Below are positions 1 to 8,324 of a stretch of DNA of 36,310 bases, in pieces. Numbering within the stretch: the stretch's first letter is position 1; each line of letters begins with the position of its first letter. The stretch comes from a virus (Duplodnaviria; Caudoviricetes), in the IMG/VR virus record IMGVR_UViG_3300012940_000058, positions 1 through 36,310 of that record. One strand, written 5' to 3'. The position numbers were made by a program, and so were the translations under genes. The notes beneath the pieces are model-generated. The model saw only the letters and a list, made by a program, of their open reading frames with translations. It was not told where the DNA came from and did not search any database.

Positions 1-180
1 CGGATAGCGAGTAGACGACCCGCTAACCGCGGTGATGGAGTTACCCAGGAATACGGCCCGATTGCCCTGCCGAGCGCTCGCGCCCACCGCCGCGCGCACG
101 TCCGGCGCGAGCGCCGCGCGGGTCACGCTGCCGGGCTTCGGCCGAGCTCTCCCCGGCAGAACAACTGATCGAGTTGCCAT
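1..180 (-). CDS. SGNH/GDSL hydrolase-like protein, N-terminal part only (runs off the left edge)
   Basis: Not in the ORF track. My translation from ATG at 180 (SD AGGAGG upstream) is MATRSVVLPG...RAVFLGNSITAVSGSSTRYP, open to the edge. VFLGNSIT resembles SGNH block I (hhGDSIT). Confidence 0.6.
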   Translation of the reverse strand, partial: MATRSVVLPGRARPKPGSVTRAALAPDVRAAVGASARQGNRAVFLGNSITAVSGSSTRYP

Positions 181-190
181 GATCTTCCTC

Positions 191-610
191 CTAGAGCGTG
201 GTCGTCAGCGAGGTAGCGGGATCAGACACTTCCCTTTTTTCGACCTCAGATGAGGTCGAAAAATGAGAAGCACTGCTGTCGGGAGTCGGCGAACTCGTCG
301 CGGCCGCGATGACGTTGGCCGTGTCATGCGCCTCGGCGGCCGAGCTCGTCACGAAGAGTCCGATCACCAATCCCACCGGCGCGATGCGCCAGTCCCCGGT
401 GACGATCGCGGCGATGGTCGTCAGCAGCGTCGCGATCACGATGCTCACCAGGGCGTTCGCGCCAGGCCGATAGCGCGACGGGATCGCGAACGTGTCGATC
501 ACGATCTGAGACCAACGCGCCTGATGACCGCCGAACTTGGCCGAATATGCGTCCGCGATCACCAGGATCACGGCCGCGATCTGGATGAGCGATTCGCTCG
601 AGATGTCCAT
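191..610 (-). CDS. Putative holin / lysis membrane protein
   Basis: 139 aa with 2-3 hydrophobic segments and a polar C-terminal tail; SD GGGAGG; directly downstream of the endolysin. Confidence 0.55.
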   Translation of the reverse strand: MDISSESLIQIAAVILVIADAYSAKFGGHQARWSQIVIDTFAIPSRYRPGANALVSIVIATLLTTIAAIVTGDWRIAPVGLVIGLFVTSSAAEAHDTANVIAAATSSPTPDSSASHFSTSSEVEKREVSDPATSLTTTL

Positions 611-628
611 TCCAATCCTCCCAGCATA

Positions 629-741
629 GCGCTATGAAAGCGATCGCTCTGATGCTTTCATAGCGCCGTGTCGTATGAACGCTTGCGTTCGTAGCGGGCG
701 ATCGAACGCGGAATAAAAGGTGGAATATTCCACGCTCGATC
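629..741 (-). promoter_or_regulatory. Structured intergenic region with three hairpins between endolysin and putative holin
   Basis: 16-bp stem 700-715/726-741 (two G:U pairs on the minus strand), short stem 677-690, and perfect 13-bp inverted repeat 629-641/654-666. Palindrome GTGGAATATTCCAC at 720-733. Confidence 0.6.
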
Positions 742-754
742 TTCGCAATCGGTA

Positions 755-2278
755 TCAGTCCATGCTCGCCGGATCGCCGCCGAGCGCCTCGATGATGCGC
801 TCGAGGTCGAAGTTGGGCCCTGGGCAGTACGAACGACTGACCGAGTTGATGTCCGCATGTCGGAGCTGGTGGCCGCGATCCGGATCGATCCCATACACGC
901 TCGGATGCGCGAAATAGCGGCACAGCGCGATGCCCGCCTCGTACTGCGCATCGGTCGGCGGCACGCTCGGCGTCGCCACGTACTCGATCGTGATCGTCGC
1001 GTTGTTCGGGTTGATGCCCCTCGTCAGGGCGTCGTTGAGCCACGGAATATCCGTGCGTGGACTCTGGACGTCGCCGTTCGTCCACGCGCCGTCGACGGAG
1101 CTCACGAACTGATACACCGTCCCGTCGCGATCGATCACGAAGTGCGAGCTCGCGTTCGAGCCGTTCGTCTGGAACCACGAAATCGTCGAGCTCAGCTTGA
1201 GGTCGTCGGTCACGTGATGGACCATCGCGATCGGATTGCCGTAGCCGTTCCGGCGCGAATAGAAGTTCGTGGTGCCCTTCCAGATGATCGCCGGCAGCAG
1301 GACGGTCGGATCCTCGACGAGCTTGTAGTTTGCGGCCGTGATCTCCTCACCGGGCTTCGGTGCGCTCGGCTGCACCCCCGGATCGGGGTCCGGGATCACG
1401 ATCGGCTCAGAGGTCGAAACCCAGTCAGCCCCACGCATGCGCGCATTACTCGCCGAGTTGTAGTAGTACAGGCTGCCGTCCGGCTCGACCCATCCCCAGT
1501 CGGCCGTCGAGAGCGTGCCGGCGGCGACCACTTCGAGCACGCTGGCCTTTGGCGCGGCCGCGCTCAGGAGCGGCGTTTCGTGCACGGCACGGATCTCGCG
1601 CCCGATGCGAAAGAACGTCGTGAGCGTGCCGTCCCGGTTCGCACGGCGGTACACGATCGAGGTGTCCTCAGCCTCCTCGAGGTACTCGATGTCGCGCGCC
1701 TGGAGCTGCGTGCCCGGCGCGGTGGAGGTTCCGAGGAGTCCCTCGACCTCGTTGAGCAGCTTCGCGAGCTTCGTACCGTAATCCACGTCAGTGGCCCAAC
1801 CGGTCGCCCCGCCGAGGTCGTTGAGCGTCTTCGCGATCCCCGCGCGGCCGGCGGAGAGTGCCGCCTGCCATCTCGGAGATTCACTCGACTTGAGATCGCT
1901 GTTGGCCGGGAGCTGCTCGCCCTTGGCGTACAGCCACAGCTGCACGAGCTGTGCCCGCGCGGCCGCGACGCCGTCGGCGAACGACCGGCTTGCGTTGTTC
2001 TGCGCCGGATCGCCCGTGATGCCGATGCCGGCGGGATTGAGCCGCTCATTCCACCAGTTCGACGTCCACGCTCCGGTCTCGAGCCACGACTGCATGACGA
2101 CGAGCTCGGCCCGGATGCCGATCTTCGGCGCGATCGCGTACACGGTCTCGAGATAGCTCTTGAGTTGGTCGAGACGCTTCGGCGCGTTGTCTCCCTTGCG
2201 CTCCGCAAGGAGCTCGTAAAACGTGTCAGCCGTCCCCCGCGACGGCCCCAGAATGGTCGTCGTCGTGCTGTAGGCCAT
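755..2278 (-). CDS. Endolysin: N-terminal GH73/glucosaminidase-like domain plus C-terminal N-acetylmuramoyl-L-alanine amidase (Amidase_2-like)
   Basis: N-terminal QSWLETG...NPAGIG...WATDVDYG motifs; C-terminal MVHHVT, SSHFVIDRDG, TIEY, RHADI and YCPG zinc-amidase motifs. Start moved to 2278 on GGAGG spacing (alternative 2284). Confidence 0.85.
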   Translation of the reverse strand: MAYSTTTTILGPSRGTADTFYELLAERKGDNAPKRLDQLKSYLETVYAIAPKIGIRAELVVMQSWLETGAWTSNWWNERLNPAGIGITGDPAQNNASRSFADGVAAARAQLVQLWLYAKGEQLPANSDLKSSESPRWQAALSAGRAGIAKTLNDLGGATGWATDVDYGTKLAKLLNEVEGLLGTSTAPGTQLQARDIEYLEEAEDTSIVYRRANRDGTLTTFFRIGREIRAVHETPLLSAAAPKASVLEVVAAGTLSTADWGWVEPDGSLYYYNSASNARMRGADWVSTSEPIVIPDPDPGVQPSAPKPGEEITAANYKLVEDPTVLLPAIIWKGTTNFYSRRNGYGNPIAMVHHVTDDLKLSSTISWFQTNGSNASSHFVIDRDGTVYQFVSSVDGAWTNGDVQSPRTDIPWLNDALTRGINPNNATITIEYVATPSVPPTDAQYEAGIALCRYFAHPSVYGIDPDRGHQLRHADINSVSRSYCPGPNFDLERIIEALGGDPASMD

Positions 2279-2299
2279 CTCCATGCCTCCTCGGCTGCG

Positions 2300-2650
2300 C
2301 TACGGCAGCCCTGCATGCTCGTCAGGCTCCTCGTGAGCCCGACGCCGGCGAATCGCCACCCGGAGGTGACGGTACGTGATGGGCGCGCCGATCAGTCCTG
2401 CCAGCAGGAGCGCGATGCGGAGCGCGTCGTAGACGATGTCCGGGGGGCGCCAGACTTTGGAATTGCCAGTCGCGAGCGCCAGAAAATACGCGCCGGCCGC
2501 GAGTAGAAAGAGCAGGAGCGCCGTGGTGAGCGAGTTCCACCGCTCCCTGGTCGTCTGGACCACGATCAGGAGCGCCCACGAATACGCGATAAAAAAGCCG
2601 ACCAGGAACGGCAGCACCTTGAGCACGATGTTGGTCAGGTCAAAACTCAT
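2300..2650 (-). CDS. Membrane protein (about 3 TM segments), holin candidate
   Basis: Three hydrophobic stretches and a basic C-terminus; immediately upstream of the endolysin. Confidence 0.55.
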   Translation of the reverse strand: MSFDLTNIVLKVLPFLVGFFIAYSWALLIVVQTTRERWNSLTTALLLFLLAAGAYFLALATGNSKVWRPPDIVYDALRIALLLAGLIGAPITYRHLRVAIRRRRAHEEPDEHAGLP

Positions 2651-2841
2651 GGTTGGTGTCCCCCCTGGCGTCCCTCGAGGATGTCCTGGATCGTCGAGAT
2701 ATCCCAGTTGGGATCCACGCCGTGCTTGCGGAGCTCGCGCTCACTCGCCTGCCTTTTGGCGATGAGCTCACGGACAAACGGGTCGTCCTCGGGCTGCGGA
2801 AGGAGCCCGAGGGCGTGCAGGATGCGCTGCAGGAGGCTCAT
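2647..2841 (-). CDS. Hypothetical protein (64 aa) in the lysis module
   Basis: MSLLQRILHALG...; ATGA overlaps with both neighbours. Start trimmed from the 2647..3111 ORF. Confidence 0.6.
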   Translation of the reverse strand: MSLLQRILHALGLLPQPEDDPFVRELIAKRQASERELRKHGVDPNWDISTIQDILEGRQGGHQP

Positions 2842-3092
2842 CTCGCACCCTCCGTCGAGAGGTCTCGCAACAACTGCTCCAGGACCGCTATGCGCCCATG
2901 CAAACGCAAGATCTCCGCGTCCTTGACCGCGAGCTCCTTGTCTTTCGTCGCGAGTGCCTGGGTCGCGTACTCGCGATACGATTCGGCGCGGCCGAGCTCG
3001 CGTTCCCGCTGAAACAGGTAGCGCAGACCGACCCCGATGCCACCCGTGCCGAAGAGCGCCCCGGCCCACCCGATCAGTTCCGAAATGCTCAT
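2838..3092 (-). CDS. Small membrane-anchored coiled-coil protein (lysis-associated)
   Basis: N-terminal hydrophobic, Gly-rich segment followed by a charged helical region; coupled to the downstream gene. Confidence 0.55.
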   Translation of the reverse strand: MSISELIGWAGALFGTGGIGVGLRYLFQRERELGRAESYREYATQALATKDKELAVKDAEILRLHGRIAVLEQLLRDLSTEGAR

Positions 3093-3129
3093 TCGAGGCC
3101 CGTCCCATCATCCGTATCCCCCCCGATCG

Positions 3130-3966
3130 TCATCGCCGCGCTCGGGCGGTCAGTCGCACCCATCCCGAGCGCAGGTCCACCGCGTCACCTGAGGCGTAGG
3201 TCGCCTGCACGACGATGGGCATGGACTCCGACCCGTTCACCGTCGCCCACCGGTCAGTCTCCAAAAAACACAGCCTCGTACCGCTTCGGCACTCGTAGGC
3301 GTACGTGTCACCAGGGAACGTAGAAGTGCCGCCAGCGCGAATGAACAGGTTCACGGTGCCGGACGTCCCCGACGTCAGCCTCGCCGTCAGCCACGCCGTG
3401 ATCTCGATGTCCCAGGTGCCCGCCGGCAGCACGGCATTCCACGTGACGAGCGTTCGCGTCCCATCCCCAGAGGCGAGCACGCCAGTCGCCGGAATCGTCT
3501 GCTTCGGAGAGAAGTAGATCGCCGTGTGCTCGTGGTCGCCGGCCGCGACCGTGCCCGCCGTCGTGCCGATCTTGAGGCCTACGTTGACCTCATCGGTATC
3601 AGCATCCGCACCGGCGGCGTCCTCGATCGTGAGGTCAAAGATCGGGGCAAAATCGAGCGCACCGACGCGATCCATCACGGTGCTCCCGTTGCTCTCCACG
3701 CGGAGCTCGCCCGGTCGCTCAAGCGTCTCCACCCGGGAGAACACGACCCCGCCGCCCTTGATCGGCATGCAGATCCCGTAGTCTCCGACCGCTACACGGC
3801 CGGTCGTGTGCGCGATCGCCTCGGTCGCGTTGGTTGTCGCCTCGGTGGCCGTCACGATCACCTGGTTACCAGACACGCCGGTCACGACGCCCCAGTAGGC
3901 AGTCGCGGCCTCGGCGTGCGCTCGTGACTTGCCGCTGAGCCGCTTGATCAGCACCATCGGATCCAC
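3130..3966 (-). CDS. Minor tail / tail-tip protein
   Basis: Last gene of the tail block; N-terminal beta-rich segment, GTTAGTVAAGDHEH fibre-like motif and beta-rich C-terminus; TAGTG overlap with the upstream gene. Confidence 0.6.
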   Translation of the reverse strand: MDPMVLIKRLSGKSRAHAEAATAYWGVVTGVSGNQVIVTATEATTNATEAIAHTTGRVAVGDYGICMPIKGGGVVFSRVETLERPGELRVESNGSTVMDRVGALDFAPIFDLTIEDAAGADADTDEVNVGLKIGTTAGTVAAGDHEHTAIYFSPKQTIPATGVLASGDGTRTLVTWNAVLPAGTWDIEITAWLTARLTSGTSGTVNLFIRAGGTSTFPGDTYAYECRSGTRLCFLETDRWATVNGSESMPIVVQATYASGDAVDLRSGWVRLTARARR

Positions 3967-5681
3967 TACAGCACCTCCGATCGACGCATCTGGATCGTGG
4001 TCGTCGCGGAGCTCGCGTCGAGTCCCTGCGAGATCCGCTGCACGTACCAGGAGCCGTTAGCCTGCGCGAGATGCGGGTAGAGCGTCGTGTCGGCCGTGAG
4101 CTGCACGACGTCGTGGACGTCGAGCTCGAGATCCGGGAGCGTGGTGATGGTGCCGGCGGCGATGATGCTCGAGGAGGCCAGCCCCTCGCTCGCAGTGCGG
4201 GTGAGTGTGTCCTGGTCGATGTCGGCGTTGTTGACGGTGATCACCTTGGTCACGACGCCGGCGCCGCCCGGATAGGTGGTGGACGCCGGCGAGCGCGGAT
4301 CGTCGTTGCGCGCGGTGGCCTTGAGCACCCCGAGTGTCGGATCTGAGCGCACCGCGATCACGACGTTGGCAAACGACGAGTCGTCGCGGGACGTGATGAT
4401 CTCGCCGACGAGCTGGGTCCGCTCGCCGAGCGCGTACGTCCGGGTTGGCATGGTCGTGTCGAGCGCGCGGTACGGCCGCGTGGTGATCCGGCCGTCGGGC
4501 ATCGGATACACCGAGTACCAGCCCATCGCCTCGGTCAGCGATGAGAGCGCCGAACGGAGCGTGTCCCCCGGATTGAACGACCGGGCCTTGCCCGTCACGC
4601 GGGACGTGTCGGGGATCGCGTGCCGCGTGATGCCAGCGAGCGCGAGGAGGTTGACGATCGCCGTCGTCACGTTCGTGCCGACGGGGATGTTGTAGGTATC
4701 CGTAAATGCGTAGTTGGAGATGAGCGCCGTGACGTCCTCGCCGCTCACCTCGACCGTGGCCGACGTCTCGTCCCCCGAGATCTTGGGCTGCCCGAGGCGG
4801 AAGAGCCCACGCTGCACGGCGTTGATCGTCCCGTCCTCGGAGGTCGTCTCCACGAACACGGCCACCCACGACCACGCCGACACGGCCTCGGCCGAGAGTG
4901 CGGTCAGCTTGACGGTGCTCTGGATCGCGCGATCGATGTCCGTCTCGAGCGAGCCCGCGAGGATCTGCGCGCTGATGTCATCGCCGAGGCGATTGTTGCG
5001 ATCGGCCGCGTAGTAGCGCGCGCGGAACGTGAGCTCTCCGCCCGAGCCGGTCGGCCCCTGCGTGCCGATCTCCCGCCGGCGTGAGGAGCTGTTGTGTGCG
5101 GTGCCGTCCCACGCGTAGCCCGTGCCCTGCGCGCCGTCCACATACGCGTCGATCGACGGCGCGATGTGCATCCCGTCAATGTAGGCATGCTGATTGGTGA
5201 CGGCCGCGTTCGGCCGCACCGAGACGTAGACCCGGACGTATGCGGCGTTCGCTGGCGCGATCTGGTTGCGCAGCTCGAGGACCCGCCAGCTATCTTGCAC
5301 GCCGTAGACGAACGGCGTCGTCTCGCCGCTATTGCCGAGATGCGTGTATGAGGCGTCGTACCAATCGACCCCCGAGATCTGCGCGCCGAGCGCCGCGCTG
5401 GTCACCCAGTACCGCACCACGACATCGATGCTCTCGCCAGGCGAGACGATCGCGCTATCGCTCGCCGACGTCCCCCAGTACATGTACGCGTTCTGGCCGG
5501 AGCTCGCCGACGTGAACCCCATATGGAACGAATACGTGCCGACCCACGAGTTGTCAGTCGTGCGATCGAGATCTCCGGATCCGCCGTTGCGGAGCATGGT
5601 GACGCCGGCGAGGTTGGTCTCGGCAGACGGATTCTTGCAACGATTCACGGCGGCCGGCGTGGCCTGCGGGATCAGGACCAT
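3966..5681 (-). CDS. Minor tail protein: N-terminal carbohydrate-binding-like module plus C-terminal baseplate hub-like region
   Basis: Start re-called at ATG 5681 (TGATG overlap, GGAGG SD). N-terminal NRCKNPSAE...YVDG...WDGTAHNSSS pattern; C-terminal NVVIAV and LELDVHDVV hub-like motifs; gene order. Confidence 0.65.
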   Translation of the reverse strand: MVLIPQATPAAVNRCKNPSAETNLAGVTMLRNGGSGDLDRTTDNSWVGTYSFHMGFTSASSGQNAYMYWGTSASDSAIVSPGESIDVVVRYWVTSAALGAQISGVDWYDASYTHLGNSGETTPFVYGVQDSWRVLELRNQIAPANAAYVRVYVSVRPNAAVTNQHAYIDGMHIAPSIDAYVDGAQGTGYAWDGTAHNSSSRRREIGTQGPTGSGGELTFRARYYAADRNNRLGDDISAQILAGSLETDIDRAIQSTVKLTALSAEAVSAWSWVAVFVETTSEDGTINAVQRGLFRLGQPKISGDETSATVEVSGEDVTALISNYAFTDTYNIPVGTNVTTAIVNLLALAGITRHAIPDTSRVTGKARSFNPGDTLRSALSSLTEAMGWYSVYPMPDGRITTRPYRALDTTMPTRTYALGERTQLVGEIITSRDDSSFANVVIAVRSDPTLGVLKATARNDDPRSPASTTYPGGAGVVTKVITVNNADIDQDTLTRTASEGLASSSIIAAGTITTLPDLELDVHDVVQLTADTTLYPHLAQANGSWYVQRISQGLDASSATTTIQMRRSEVL

Positions 5682-8236
5682 CACGCCACCTCCGCCGTAT
5701 CCGCCGGCGAGAACGCGACCTCTTGGAACTTGAGCTCGGCCTCGTCCCACAGTCGGTGCCGCTTGATGCGCGCGCTCACCAGCGAAACGTAGCGGCGCTC
5801 GCCGTGGCCGTCACGGATGCACATCGTGCCACCGCGCCGGATCAGATCCTTGAGCGCGGCGATCCGCTGCTCGCGCGTGGCGAACTCATCGCCGAAGAGC
5901 TTGTAGGTACCGCTCGGATTCCACTCCATGCGGGAGCCTCGGATCGCGGTGGACTGCTGCGCGCCGGTCGGCAGGACGTACGTGATGTCCTGCGCGTACT
6001 CCCATGTCCCCTCGTCATCAACGTCGGCCGCGTAGCGGAGCTCGACATGGTACGTCTCGGGCTCCCACACCGAGCCGAGGACGATGCCGTTGAACGCAAC
6101 GACCGCCTGCGCCTCGGCCGGATCGCTCGTCAGCACATCGATGCCGACGGTGATCGACTGCTCGACCTGGTACGCGTACGCCTCGTTGGACGCCGGGAAC
6201 GCATCGACGAACGCGGTCTGCAGCGGGTTGGTGATGCGGCGCAGGAGGACGCGATCGCCGACGGCCGTGCCGCCCGGCGAGTCGAGCGGCACTCGGTACA
6301 CGTCGTAGGAATTGAACTGCGACGCCGGATAGGTGGTCCCCTCCCAGGAGATGTAGACCGCCGTCGGTAGCACGTCGAATCCGAGCGTCACGGGATACGC
6401 CGTAACGCCCTGGATCATCGTCGCGGAGTCGTACGAGAGGCTGAACGCCACGGGATCCGAGTTACCGGTGAGGCCGTTGGCGTCGGTGACCTTGACCACC
6501 GCCGTGTAGGTCTGGCCGTTGGAGATCGCGGCATTGAGCACGTTGACGGCCGTCTCGGAGGTCGTCACGTCGTTCGACGCATACACCTGCTTGCCCGACT
6601 CGTCGTAGAAGAAGATCTGCCGCTTGACCTGGTCGGGAGCGGTCCACGCCATCGGGATCACGCGCGTGGAGAACACCTGCCCCTCGGTCGGGGACGTGAT
6701 CGTCGCCGTCGGACCCGTCGCGTAGATGAACGTGAGTTCGGACGACTTGGACGCGGCAGCGGCCGTGGTCGCCTCGCCGCTGTACAGGCTGCCGTCATAG
6801 CTGTAGCAGTCCCATCGATACGTCGCATAGCTCGCGAGATCGGTAGCCGTGGTCTGGTACTCCCAGTAGCCGGAGCTCGCGCTGTACGTGCCGGTGCGCG
6901 TGTAGAGCACCGTCCCGGAGCTGTTCTTGATCCGGAAGTAAATCGTGACGGTGTTGCCGTCCGGATCGGTCGCCTTGGCCCGCAGCTTCGGCCGCGACGT
7001 CGTCACCGTAGCGTCGGCCGGCTGCCGGAACGCGGGCACCGTCGGCGCACCGTTGGTGTTGAACGCGCGCGCCGTGGACCAGTCGGACCAGACGTTTGCC
7101 GTATCGCGCCCCCGAATCTGGAACGTGTACGGCGTCCCCCAGTCGAGCGTGGAGAACCCGGACTCCGCCCAGGAGATGGTGATGTTGGAGCCGGCAGCCA
7201 CCGTCTTGCTGATCGTGCCCGAGGTCGCGATCACCTGTCCGCCCACGAGGAGGCGGATCTGCACGGCGTTGGTCGCGAGCGATCCCTGCGACGTCCACGG
7301 CGCGACGAACGACGCCGGCGTGCGCGTGGTGATGCGGCCGCTCGGCGTGGTCGGTGTCCCCACCGCGCCGGCGCCGGCGAGGGTGAACTGCAGCCAGCTC
7401 GACCAGGAGGACCACGCGCCGGCGCGATCGCTCTGTCGGATGCGCCACTCGTACGCGACGCCGAACGACAGCGCGGATCCGGCGTAGGTGCGAGAGGTGC
7501 GCTTGTTGGTGCGCTCGGAGCTCGAGGCGGTGTAGGTGGTGTCCCACTTGAGCGACGTCGAGCCGACCTGGCGCACCTGGATCTGCACCTGATTGACGTA
7601 GTCCCACGACTGCCCGTTCGGGAGCGTGGTGTTGGCGTCGTTGAAGTCGGCAGCGAGATCCGGCGTGGTGTCGCCGTCGGTGATCGTGCCGTACGGCGTG
7701 CGGTTGATCGGCGTGCTCGGAGCCTCGTTGACCATGCCGACGGCCCACACGGACATGTGGCCGTTGTAGGCAGGATCGCCGCCGATCGGCGAGGTCGGTA
7801 CGGTGCTGGCGAGTCCGGACTTGTCGTAGAAGTTGCGATTGGCCGCGCTGATGCTCGCGGCCGCGCGCATGGAGTGGGAGATCACGCCATCGCGGCAGGT
7901 GATCGCGAGACTGTAGCGGCCCGGCGCGGCGAGGAACGGCGTGACGTTCTGGACGTAGCTCGCACCGCCGAGGATGTCGGTGTACGCGGTACTCGGTGTG
8001 AACTCGGCAGTGTAGCCGAGGCGCGTACCAGGATCCGGCGTGGAGCCAGAGACGCCGCCCATGCCGATACGGACCTTCGGAGATCCGGAATAGGTACCGA
8101 TCCACGCGCCGAGCTGGTACACGATGAGCGTCTGCGATCCCGCATCGTACACACAGGCACGCTGATCGCCGTGCCCGATCTCGCCTCGGTCTACCTCTGG
8201 TGATGTGACGCGTCGTCCGTAATACGCTGTCGCCAC
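5681..8236 (-). CDS. Large minor tail protein with several Ig/FN3-like domains (possible evolved distal tail protein)
   Basis: Follows the TMP gene; repeated YEWRIRQSD..WSSWS, YTFQIRGRD..WSDWS and YRWDCYSYD FN3-like motifs. Confidence 0.7.
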   Translation of the reverse strand: MATAYYGRRVTSPEVDRGEIGHGDQRACVYDAGSQTLIVYQLGAWIGTYSGSPKVRIGMGGVSGSTPDPGTRLGYTAEFTPSTAYTDILGGASYVQNVTPFLAAPGRYSLAITCRDGVISHSMRAAASISAANRNFYDKSGLASTVPTSPIGGDPAYNGHMSVWAVGMVNEAPSTPINRTPYGTITDGDTTPDLAADFNDANTTLPNGQSWDYVNQVQIQVRQVGSTSLKWDTTYTASSSERTNKRTSRTYAGSALSFGVAYEWRIRQSDRAGAWSSWSSWLQFTLAGAGAVGTPTTPSGRITTRTPASFVAPWTSQGSLATNAVQIRLLVGGQVIATSGTISKTVAAGSNITISWAESGFSTLDWGTPYTFQIRGRDTANVWSDWSTARAFNTNGAPTVPAFRQPADATVTTSRPKLRAKATDPDGNTVTIYFRIKNSSGTVLYTRTGTYSASSGYWEYQTTATDLASYATYRWDCYSYDGSLYSGEATTAAAASKSSELTFIYATGPTATITSPTEGQVFSTRVIPMAWTAPDQVKRQIFFYDESGKQVYASNDVTTSETAVNVLNAAISNGQTYTAVVKVTDANGLTGNSDPVAFSLSYDSATMIQGVTAYPVTLGFDVLPTAVYISWEGTTYPASQFNSYDVYRVPLDSPGGTAVGDRVLLRRITNPLQTAFVDAFPASNEAYAYQVEQSITVGIDVLTSDPAEAQAVVAFNGIVLGSVWEPETYHVELRYAADVDDEGTWEYAQDITYVLPTGAQQSTAIRGSRMEWNPSGTYKLFGDEFATREQRIAALKDLIRRGGTMCIRDGHGERRYVSLVSARIKRHRLWDEAELKFQEVAFSPADTAEVA

Positions 8237-8301
8237 GACAAAGCCCCTGATCGCATGTGAGTCCGCCGACTCTCACGCGCTCAGAGGCTGTCTGTGAGAC
8301 G
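8237..8301 (-). promoter_or_regulatory. Conserved SD-sequestering leader hairpin, copy A
   Basis: On the minus strand GACAGCCTCTGA pairs with TCAGGGGC-TT-TGTC directly before the GTG start; apical stem GAGTC-GGCG-GACTC; shares identical blocks with 13533-13595. Confidence 0.8.
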
Positions 8302-8323
8302 TTTCGTTACGTCCAGTGTATCA
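8302..8323 (-). promoter_or_regulatory. Putative internal promoter (extended -10 TG-A-TACACT)
   Basis: TACACT at 8320-8315 followed by GGACGTAACGAAA, nearly identical to the element at 25168-25186. Confidence 0.5.
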
Positions 8324-8324
8324 C

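Noticed and set aside
3130-8236. Diversity-generating retroelement or invertible tail-fibre cassette
   Set aside because: No reverse transcriptase, invertase, or template/variable repeat pair was seen in the window.
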